A stretch of 64,000 nucleotides of DNA, from the NCBI RefSeq assembly GCF_963506605.1, contig NC_083285.1, forward strand, positions 7,874,001 through 7,938,000. The letters are read 5' to 3'. Positions within the stretch are counted from its first letter, which is position 1; each line of letters starts with the position of its first letter. The translations under genes were made by a program, and so were the position numbers. Positions 14,280 to 26,200 of this stretch are shown piece by piece. Below the pieces are notes generated by a model, which had not been told where the DNA came from, did no database searches, and saw nothing but the letters and a program-made list of their open reading frames with translations. Source of the DNA: Zootoca vivipara. Its lineage: Eukaryota.

Positions 14280-17200
14280 ATGACTTGTTGGGGTTTTAAT
14301 GGGGCTCACTTTCAAGCAAAAATGCAGAGTTCTGCTGCTGTGTTTTACAGGTTGGCTTTATTTGTTTTCACAATTTATGCCCCTCTTTATCCGGTCAAAG
14401 CCTTCCAAACTGGCTAAGAACATATTTTTTTCAGGGCAATTTACACAATAAAACAAATACATATGATGTCTTGCCAGCCATGCTGTGATGGTGGAATTAT
14501 TCATTCTGTACAGTAAAGTTATACTTTCTGCAAGGAACTAATACTTACCTTTTCATTTAGATGTTGAATATCTGAAGTGTTGAACAACTTCAGCTGCCCC
14601 AATGCAGCACTTTGTTTTGAAACTAGATCATCTAACATGTGAAATGTATCATTCCTGGTTTTTCCTCCGTGTGTTAGGACAGAATTTGAGCCACTGATTC
14701 TTTCTCCAGCCGACAACATTATTTGGTAATAGTTATTTATTTTGTTGAGGGAATCTGAATCAAATGACAATGTTACTTGCTTTGTTTCACTTGATATATT
14801 GAAGATTGGACCCACTGAAATAAATGGGTTCTCCTCTTTGAGATCCCACTGAAGGTAGTAACTGTGGCCAGGATCATGGTATGTGAGGAGGGAGTTTAAA
14901 CCCTTTCCTCCTCTATCACAGGATTGATGAAAATCACCCCCAGCCCAGAGCTGCTATCAGCCCTGGGAGAGAAGTTTCCTCTGGCACTCATGGAAATTCT
15001 TACTCCTGGGGTAATAGCAGCTTCAGAGAGAGAATTTTCCCAATACTGTGGCAGGAGGAGGAAAGAGTTAATCCACTTTCCCTTGCACCGCGGTTCTGAC
15101 AAAAAATGGGTTTTACAATAGCCATTGAGAGCGAAACACACACATATGCTTTTGTACACTTTATCTGCTTAAAAATAGCTAGGACATGCTCCCCTCCCCC
15201 AAACAATTCAGAGAAGAATGCATCAAAACATAATATTTCAATAAAAAAGACAGGATAGATGTGGATTGTGTACACTCCTTCCGAAACTGGTGGTGGATGC
15301 AAAGAAAACAGGAGTGTGTACACCAGGGGTCCCCAAACTAAGGCCGAATGCGGTCCAATCACCTTCTAAATCTGGCCCGCGGACGGTCCGGGAATCAGCA
15401 TGTATTTACATGAGTAGGATGTGTCCTTTAATTTAAAATGCATCTCTGGGTTATTTGTGGGGCCTGCCTGGTGTTTTTACATGAGTAGAATGTGTCTTTT
15501 TATTTAAAATGCATCTCTGGGTTATTTGTGGGGCATAGGAATTCGTTCATATTTTTTTTCCAAAATATAGTCCGGGCCCCCCACAAGGTCTGAGGGACAG
15601 TGGACTGCTGAAAATGTTTGCTGACCCCTGGTGTACACAGCCATGCACACACAACTTCAAGTGATGCATTTAAAGTAGATGCATTTAGAAACACAGAGCA
15701 GTATTTGCATCCATGCCTGGTGCCGCACTCACAGTGGGAATGACAGAATAATCTGAGACTCTTATTTGCTTTCGACCAAAACTCTTCAGGGGAAACTGAA
15801 GCTTACATGGGTTTCCCACCCGCACCCGCAATTCCAGTTGCGGTCAAGTGGATTACACCCAGAGCTGCTGACCTCTTTTGCTTTCAAAGAAATTCACTTG
15901 CAATGAAGGCTGCAGTCCAGTGTGAGGAACCCACACTCAACACAGTGGGTCCTACTTGTAAGCAATTATGCACATGACTGAATTGCACGGCTGCTCCTTT
16001 GCTCCTCAGTTAAACGGGTTTGCAAAGGACTAAACTGGATTGACATTAATTCCATGAGTGCAATTAACATCCACACTAATAAAATAAAATAAAAATGAGC
16101 TGCAGAGGGGTCTGAGCATTCCTGGGATCACAGGACCCAGGCAGAGGAAATGGGGACTTCTCAGATTTAGCTTGCAACTTCGTTAAATTTGGAATGACTG
16201 AAACTATATCGCTATGGGACATTTAAGCTGCTCAAGAGGACTAGTAAACGAGTTTTCACCTTGATAAATTAAGTGTTTCAATTTAAATATAAATTCTGAA
16301 GGTCTGAAACCTCTGCACTACAAGGGGTTGTGGTGATGTGTGTGTCCCCCCCCCCCCATGTTATAAAGATTAATTATTGGCCTTCCTACCTTGGAGGTGC
16401 ATGTAATTATTCCTTTGGTGCAGCTCAGACCTCTTTTGCAGGGTTTCAGACAGATGGTCAGCATCTTTCCTAATGCCTTCTATCATACTGTTGAGGTCAG
16501 GGAACTGATCCAGAAAGTCAGGTTGCCGATGCATTTGCGAAACCTTTTGTCTAAAAAGAACAACAGCAGATCAGCAGCCACCTAAGACTTAGGGTTAAGA
16601 ACCACATTTTGCCTAAATGTAGCATCCTAACCTAGTACACTAATAGGCTTTTACTAATCTTGACAATATTCCTGGGAAGTCACAGCATCTTGAACCCAAC
16701 AGTTTTTGGACAGAATTCTTGCTTTGAGCAGGGAGGGAGCTGCAATACCGTGTTTCTCACATTTTAAGACACCGTCTTATATTTATTTTACTCAAGAAAA
16801 TAAGCCTATGGCTTATTTTCGGGGGTGTCTTATTTTTAAAAAATTACCTCCTCTTCCTGCTGCGGCTTGGCGCCCGGAACTGGCTGCTGCTGCGCTGCTG
16901 GGCGCTTTGTTGGCGCTTCAGCAGGGCAAGCTGCTGGGTCCCGCCGGGTCGGGGCTCCAAGCGGTGCACACTGCGGCTCTTGCTGGGTCCCACCGCCGGG
17001 TTGGAGCTTGGCAAAGTGCGCGCTGCTGCCTTTGTTGGCTCCCGCTCAGTTGGGGAGCGGTGCGGGGCGCGCTGCTGCCCTTGCCGGGTCCCGCTGGGTC
17101 AGGACTTGGCACGGTGCGAGCTGCGGGTCACGCAGGGTCCTGCTGGGTCGGGGCTCGGCACAGGGCATGCTGTAGCTTCTGCCGGCTCCCGCTCCGTCTG

Positions 17201-20200
17201 AGCTCCACGCTTCTGGCAAGGACAGGCATCTTCCTTTTCCTGTTCCTTACGGAAGTGCCATCTGGACCTGCTCCCAGCACGGTATAGTACCGGTACCCCA
17301 GCATGTCTTATTTTGGGGGGATGCCTTATATTTTATTGCCTTGAGAAAATCGTGCCATGGCTTATTTTATAGGCACGTCTTAAAATGTGAGAAACATGGT
17401 AGATGGCTTCTAAGCTCCCTTCAAACTCCTAAATTCTAAATTTTCTGTTGTTGAATCCAGATGCACATCACTTTAGCTTGTTTTGAGGAGTGACATTCTT
17501 TTTTGTACTTTCTGTATTTGGCAGATTAAATATCTACATTGACATGGGTATTACATTAGGGATGGAAGCATCTGTCAGTTTCTGTCTTCTCAATTTCTCA
17601 TTTATCTTATCCTCTCATTTATCTTAAATTCAGCTCTCTACATTTCCGCAGCAATCTGCGATTTAGAAATAAATCCTCGTGAAAATTCTTCAGCATTTTA
17701 GTGTTAACTTCTCCTAATATGCACATCCTTGTATGCAGTTTTGACAGATGTGCAAATTTGTTGAGCAATTTCACCTAATATAGCGCATGCATGTTATTTT
17801 CATGAATATATTCATGTTTAGGCACAATTCCCCCTAATATATGTATTTTTGTTAACTCTGGTTTGAGAACTGCACCGCAAAATTCAGGAAAGCGCAAATT
17901 TCAAAGGATGGCGGTGTTTCAGTTTCTAGTATTGTTTTGGGAATTGCAAATTTGACCGATTCAGCTTTAAATGCAAAAAAAATGAATCGGGTTCTTCCTT
18001 TATCCCTACTGCACATTCAATTTAGCAATAGCTGTCTAATTCACTTTGGCAATATTTACAAGTGATGTGTCCCAGACTAAGAAAATTCATAGCATCAGTT
18101 GGAAAGGCAGCGCATGCTAAACGTAAAGAAAATGCCAGTTTGTGGCACCACAGCTGCCCTAAGATTGGAGGCAAGCCCCAAATATTTATAGGTCTCTTTC
18201 TGGAAGTGTGACATCCTCTGTTGACAGGTGGAGTTAAAAGCAGCACCTGGTGGGGGTGGGGGAACCCCATAAAACTTTTGTGTCAGTCTCCTACCATTCA
18301 GTGTTCCAGGTAGACCACAAATGAATTGGTATTTCTGGGGCATCTCTCCTTCATTTTGTGAAAAATAATGGTTTTATTTATCTTACTCTTCTGGCTTTTG
18401 GGTCAGTCCTACCCCCGTTAGAATGAACGTGAAAAAACAAAATTGACCCTGAAAAAGGTCACCTGAAGTTATTAGTTATCAGGTCTGCAGATGCTTAGCT
18501 TCATGTCAAGGCCCAGATGCATTCTGGGGAAATAAAGATGATGGCAGGTGCTGCGGCTGCTTTGCCCAGTGCTTTCGTCAGAGCACTGGGCCAGCAAAGA
18601 AGTTTTTTTTAATGTAAAGAAAGGCGACTGTCAGCTGTAGTGGGCCTTTTGGGGCCTATCATTTTAGCCTACCATACTGGGTGATGTAAAGGTAAAGGAC
18701 CCCTGACAGTTAAATCCAGTCGCAAATGACTCTGGGGTTGCGGCGCTCATCTCGCTTTACAGGCCAAGGGAGCCGGTGTTTGTCTGCAGACAGTGTTTCC
18801 GGGTCATGTGGCCAGCATGACTAAGCTGCTTCTGGCACAACGGAACACCGAAACCAGAGTAGCGCATGGAAATGCTGTTTACCTTCCCGCTGGAGTGGTA
18901 CCTATTTATCTACTTGCACTTTTTGGCATGCTTTCGAACTGCTAGGCTGTCAGGAGCTGGGACCGAGCAACGGGAGCTCACCCTGTTGCGGGGATTCGAA
19001 CCGCCGACCTTCTGATCGGCAAGCTCAAGAGGCTCAGTGATTTAGACCACAGCACCACCCCTGGGTGCTGAGGCCTGGTCAAAAGAGAAACTTTGGCAGA
19101 GTTCTTCCTCTAGGTCCCTCAGTTGCTCATTCCCATTTCCCTGTACCTTAGCTTTTGAAATGAATGAGCAACTGCTGTAAAAAGGCAGGCAAAAGACCCT
19201 GCTGGAGCTTTTGTTATTGTTCATGCTACAGGATGGGTGGATTAAGAAGCCCCTTTTATGCCTCAGCATGGGTGAAAGCAGCTGAACTGAGTATTTTTGG
19301 AGGAGGAACAAGATGTGCAGCATTTTAGGGAGCTGGATTTGGACCCCAAGCTTTCAGTAGCTTCTCCCCAGCCTGAGATCTGAGACCATGCTTAAAGAAA
19401 TATCTGTTAAATGATGAACTAATGAGCAACTCCTGTCTAAGGAACCCCGTCTCACCGAATGTAGTCATGTTCCTTCTTCATGCTCAACAGCACCTCTGGC
19501 AACAGGGTGGGGCTTTTAAGGATTCTTTCTATTTCATAAATTGTATCTTCATGGCCTTTGAGGTCAACATCACAGCCAGGCATTGTCTGTCTCTTATCTC
19601 CCAGCGTTGCGGCAAACCTCATTAATTTTTGGATTTTCTGAGACAGGGAAGTAATGGTGTTATCCCACTGATCAAAACAAATGTGGCAGCGGCGGCAGGA
19701 AGGAAATTCCTGGTTGTAGCCCCGAGCACACTGGTCGCAGAATCTTCCGGTGACCCCAACACGGCAGTTGCAAGCTCCAGTGTCTTTATCACACGCGGGT
19801 GTCAGAGTCCCATCCTTGCTACACTTACATGCTGGGGGGGGGGGGGAAGCGCAATATGTTATAATAGCTCATAATTGACTAATGAAGTTATTACAATTAT
19901 AATTATAATTACAATTACAATACATTTATTTCCCTTAATTCCCAATATGGTTTCTAAGCATGCAGAACAGACTACACAAAAAATATAGAGTCATACCTTG
20001 GAAGTTGAATGGAATTCATTCCGGAAGTCCGTTCGACTTCCAAAATGTTTGGAAACCAAGGCATGGCTTCTGATTGGCTGCAGGAAGCTCCTGCAGCCAA
20101 TCAGAAGCCCCGTTGGATGTTTGGGTTCCAAAGAACGTTCGCGAAATGGAAAACTCACTTCTGGGTTTGCGGTGTTCAGGAGCCAAAACATCCGAGTACC

Positions 20201-23200
20201 AAGGCATTCAGGATCCAAGGTAAACATGCATAATTAAAATACACAATAAAACAATTTCATCCAGACCTTAAAATAAATACCCGCAATTGAAATGTTTAAG
20301 TTATATGTTAGAGAAAGAGGATAGAAACAGAATAAGGTCATTTATTTATTTAGCATATCCTGCCTAATTTTTAGAGGAAACTCAGGGCAGCTTACTCATC
20401 AAAATCTGACAATATAACAATACACAGCAACCTCTAGAGCTAAACTCAATCAGAAAGTCAAAGTATTAACATAAAAAACCCTAAAAGAACAATACAAATT
20501 CTAAAATAGTCATCAGAATAATTATTTAAAAATCAGAGTAAACTAGCAAATAAATAATTAGGTTTTTAAACCAATATATGGAAGAAAGAAGTCCTTAATG
20601 TATCCAGGTCCCAAGCTGTTTAAGGCCTTAGAGGTCCACCACTATAGATCACACAAAACTAGCATGATGGAATAAAATTACATAGCACGTATAAGCATGT
20701 TGTACTGGTTGTCATTTCTGAATGGTTTTCATGGACAGTCCCTTCTGGAGTGCATTACAGTACTCCAGTCTGAAGGTTCCCTGAGACCATTCCCTACGTG
20801 GAAGCAAGACTGGAAGGAACTGAGATAATCAATTTCATCTGCAGCTTGTATTACAATCCACTCATTTGCTTGCCCCCCAAAAGAGCGGCTGGACATTAAT
20901 AATGATGATAATTTATCTCTCACACTTCCTCCCAAAGGAGCCCAAGGAGGCAAACATCAAAGCAACTAAACAATACAATTAAAAATAAAATAAAGACATC
21001 TATAAATATCTAAAACAATGCAATGATTGTTCAAATCTGAGGGGTACAAATATTCTGTTTTCAATTAAAAGAATGTTAGGATTTCTGCTACATACTACTA
21101 CTACTACTACTACTACAGTACTTACAAAAACAATGGATTTGAGAATCACCAAAATAATTTTCATCACATGTGTCACAACGTGTTCCAGTGTAGCCCTCTT
21201 TACATGGACATTGACCTGTGAGCTGCAAAAAGAGTCTACAGTGAGAAACGGGCTTAACTGACTCACTGCCTTCTTTGCAATTTATTTTTATTTATTTATT
21301 GTTTTCTCTATGCTAGTTAAACTGCTAACTCATATGTATGCAAGTGCTACTTTTCAGGGGTTTTTTCTGATCTCTTGCTCTGAAAAAAACCCTGAAAACT
21401 TGCTCTTATTTTTGCATTTCCATCAACAAAGCAAGAATAGTTTCTTTTCAGAATGTGTGTGTTTTCAGATTACTGTCTTAAAGGGCAGGTTTTTAAAAAT
21501 TATTAAAGATTTTCTCTGTTTACAAAAGTATGTGCATTGTTTCTTTTCTCAGGTTGCAAAGTCTTTTCTATATATCAGTTACATACATATGACGTGAGAC
21601 GTTAGTGTTGCATACAGAATAAGGTTGTTTTTGCCCACAGTGCAGTCCATAGCTGTTTCCCCCCCAGCCATTCGCATCAGCACTGCTTCATTAGTTTCCA
21701 TATGTGTACACACCAAGGGAGCGTTGACAAGCGAGGGGTGTCATTACCCTATGCAAAAGGTGTTCAGCAAATTAGGAACTGCTTAATTCAGGGGTCAGCA
21801 AACTTTTCCAGCAGGGGGCCGGTCCACTACCCATCAGACCTTGTGGGGGGCCGGACTATATTTTGAAAAAAGGAAAAAAATGATGCAAGAGCACCACGAG
21901 CCCCGGTGGCTGCTTACCTGTGTCTTGCGAGTGGCAGGGGCTGGCAGCGGCGGGACGATGAGCAGTGCGCGAAAGGGCTTAAGAGAGGGACTGCTTAAAA
22001 TGTCGGCCGCTCGAGTGCTGCTGCTGCTGGCACCAACAAAGCCCAGCCCCCTTCCTCCTCTAGGCAGGGCAGGGAGAAGCCAAGAGGAGGGAGGGAGAAG
22101 GCGCCGCTGCTGCCGTGTGAAGGGGAGGGAGGGAGAGGGAAAGAACACTGGCGATCGGCGATTCCCAGACTGTTTGCGGGCTGGATCCAGAAGGCAATTG
22201 GGCCTGATCCGGCCCACGGGCCTTAGTTTGCCTACCCATTGTTTAATTGGTGTGAAGGTAGTTTGAGACACATCAAACAGTAGTATTTTGTTATGACAGG
22301 ATACACACAATATTTGCATAACCTTGTGATCACAGATTAAAATCCCAGGACTGGAAATGCAGTGAGCGCACAGTAAACACATCCTGAGACACTGGTATGT
22401 AGCTGGCCTCTGTTTGCCGTAGGAATGTGGTCAACGTGCAACTTAAAGCAATCAAAGGGACAGTCACGGAAAGAAGCATTGGGCAGGCTGAGACATTGAG
22501 GCTCACCTGAAAGTTGGCCGTGGGTCCTGGCCCACTGTTTGAGAAACAGCGGGTAAGAGGAAATCCTTAAGACAGACATTAAAATTTAGCGACATTATAA
22601 TTTATGAATGGAGAATCAGCTCAATAGCCTTGCCTGATCACACAAGTTGTTCTGGGAATGTCTTGGATTGCAGTCACAGATGCGACACCCAGATCCCTGG
22701 ATCATGTTCCAGTAGCCAGCAGCACACTGGTCACACTTGGCGCCCACCACGTGAGGCAAGCAAGGGCATATTCCCGTCATCTGATCACACATGCAGAAGC
22801 CGTTTCCAGATGGGCATTTCATTGGGTCCACACCCAAAGGGTTGCAGTTACATTCTGTAAAGATAACAGTTAGTTATGGAAATAATCCTCTTTTTTTTAA
22901 AGCAATGTTCTACTAGGAATTTAAGTTACCTTAGGTCAGGCATCCCCAAACTTCGGCCCTCCAGATGTTTTGGACTACAATTCCCATCTTCCCCGACCAC
23001 TGGTCCTGTTAGCTAGGGATCATGGGAGTTGTAGGCCAAAACATCTGGAGGGCCGCAGTTTGGGGATGCCTGCCTTAGGTTGTAAACATCAATTTATCTG
23101 CAACTCTGTTCTCAGCTTGTTCTCTTCTTGTCTGTCTAGTTCTTTGTTCTTTACTTCCATCAGGGACAAGTTCCCCTCCGCTTTCATCCCCTTCTAGGGG

Positions 23201-26200
23201 AGTTCCTTGGGGTTCAGTTTTTGGTCCCTCTGCTGTTTTCTCTTCACGCCTCAGAATGGCACTCCTGCATCTTCTGTCCTTGACCAAAACCCCTTCCCCT
23301 CCGCTCAGCCCTAAATCTACACCTGCATCTCAAACATTTACCCTTGGGTGTCTCATTACCACCTCAGATGCAATATGTCCAAGACTGAAATTCTCTGAAA
23401 CTTTATTTCCTAGAGTGCCCTCTGTGTTCTTTGTTGTCATCACTATCCAGTCTGTCAACTAGGCATGAACCAGGTCAACAGGCTTCATCTCTGAGTCTTC
23501 CTGTCCTGCATTTCTTATATATCTGTCACTTCCGTTGGAATAGTGCTCCCTCCATAGCAGACAAATTTGTTCCCATGGCACAGTGGACCAGTGCATCTGG
23601 CTATTAACCAGAAAGTTGGTGACTCAAGCCCACCCAGGGATGGCTATAGTCAGAATTCATGCATTATGGGGGGTTGGACTAGATGACCCTTGGGGGTCCC
23701 TTCCAACTCTACAATTCTGTGAACTATATTAGAAACTGCCATGAAAGTGCCTATCCTGCAATGTCACTTCAGAGTAGGTGTCTTAAGCTCACAGGTGCAT
23801 GTGTAAACCAGGTACCTTCAAAACTGAATTCTCTGTACATGCCTTTTGACTCTCCCTATTAGCATTGGTCCTAGAACACCTTTAGCCAACTGTGTAAACT
23901 TCTTTCACCTTGCCATCTATTGCTCTACTCCCAAACATTCCACCTTATGCAATAATATTGTAGCCAGAATAAATCATGTTACTAAGGAGAATCCATTATG
24001 ATTTCATTAACGTGCATAATTTATTCTAGCCACACCTATTTTATTTTCCTTTATGTGCTCAGTCCTTGACTTGTAATCTATAAAAGTTGTTTGCTTACTT
24101 CTACAGTTTTGAAGGAGGGCTGATCCAAAGTAACCCGGTTTACAGAACTCGCAGTTTGGTCCATGGGTGTTGTGCAAGCATTTCAAACACTCCCCAGTGT
24201 CTTTGTTGCAGGAGTCTGGATCTGCCACATCGATATTATTATTACAGGAGCATGGCAGGCACTGGCTGGCTACTGCATTTGGATTCCTGTAGAACCCACC
24301 GGGGCATTCATCACACCGATCACCTAACAAACCAAAATTCACACACAATTGCTGGTGACAGTCAGACATGGCTCACCTTTCCAGAAATAACATTACACCA
24401 GCAGATTCCATAATATAATTATAAAGAACCCTAATTGTTAATAGTTAAATAGATAAATAAATATAGGTTAGTTCTATCCAGATATATAGAAGTTACATGT
24501 GTTTTATTGTTTAGTGACTGTTGATTTCAATCACCTTTTGAATTTTTTAAAAAACAATATTTTGTTTTCTATTGTTGTAAATTGCTTAGAGGTTTTTTTT
24601 TAAAACAATCAAGCGGTATATTAAATTTTGTTAAAATAAAGCAAACACACACACACAAATAATAAATATTTGGAAATAGTTGTGCTAGTGTTTCTCAAAC
24701 TCTTAAAAATGGTTTCTCCACTACCATACCTGGAAGGAATTTAACCATGCATTCCTATGCTGAACTCAGAAGTGAGTTCAGCAAGAATAATATAGGACTG
24801 CAATCTTAAATGTCACTGCCCCCAAACCTAGAAACTTCACCGAATACTGCATCTGTTTAGTTCCTGCATCAGTACTTGGGAACCTTTAGCCTGCGGTCCA
24901 CCACGCCTCCCCATTTGGCCTGTATATTTTGGGAGTTTGGGCCAAACCATGTCCTCCTACCCTATATCCCACAACACAAACTTTTTTTAAAGAAAGGGAT
25001 ACAGACGAATAGACAAAGTTAGAATGGATTGAGATTTTCCCCAGTCTGTGATAACATAAAACAGAAATCGTGAAACTCATAAAATATGTCATGTTCCCTA
25101 CCTGAATAGCCCACAAGGCAGTTGCAGACTAATAGCAAAGTCCAAGGATCTTGGTAACAGGAATGGGCAAAGTACCTACTGCTTGTTGGAGAATCTGGGC
25201 ACATGCATGGACGACATGGCTCTCCTTTGAGAGGGTTTCCATAATAACCATCTACACATCTGCCAAAAAGAACAGTGAATATGGAGAATAAGGCTATTGA
25301 AGGCTCCTCGTCATGATGGCTATGATCTTCTTCCAAGGTTGGAGGCAGCAATGCTTCTGAATACCAGTTGCTGGAAACCACAGGAGAGGAGAGTTCCCTT
25401 GTGCTCAAATCCTGCTTGCGGATTTCCCACGGGCATCTGGTTGGCCACGGTGAAAACAGGATGTTGGACTACATGGCCCCTTGGCTTGGTCTGGCAAGCC
25501 CTTCTTACGTTCTTATAAACCTATTTCAAACATCAGAGGACACAAGAACGTAAGGAGAGAGAGGTCTTTTGGATTTTGCCGAAGGGCACACCTAGCCCAG
25601 CATTCTTTTCTCAGAGTGGCCATCCATCTGGTAAGATTCCAACCAGCCCTCTCTTACTAGGAATCATACGGCCTCTGAACCTGAAAGTAGCATGCAGGGT
25701 TTCTATTCCATATAAAAAAAAAAAAAAACAGCAACAGTTCGTCTTTCCTCGTTTTGTGGCTGTGGCATTACTGACGTAACTGATGGAGTGGACCCCTGCC
25801 TATGTATGAGCATGTAGCTCAGCTACGCCCCTATCTGGACAGGGGTAGCCTAACCACTATGCTCTGGTAACCTCAAGGTTAGATTACTGCAACGTGTCAT
25901 ACGTAGGGCTGCCTCTGAAGACGGTTTGGAAACTTCAGCTGGTGCAGAATTCAGCGGCCAGGTTGCTCACTGGAGCAAGACGGTTTGAGCATATTACACT
26001 GATCCTGGTCCAACTGCACTGGCTACCAATTAGTTTCTGGGCCCAATTCAAAGTGCTGGTTTTGACCTATGAAGCCTTAAATGGCTCAGGACCGCAATAC
26101 CCCAAGAACCGCCTCTTTCCATATGAACCTACCCGGACCCTGAGATCATCTTCTGAGGCCCTTCTTCATGTGCCTCCTCCCCGAGAGGTCTGGAAAGTGG

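Noticed and set aside
16706-17287. GC-rich ORFs (also 2172-2600, 21841-22266, 49506-50151)
   Set aside because: They lie largely within TIR/TSD-bounded MITEs; low-complexity, stop-poor sequence with no recognisable domains.
19700-19730. Apparent frameshift in exon 25 near CARGY
   Set aside because: Recount shows four Cs (CGG GGC TAC); the 376-nt exon keeps frame.
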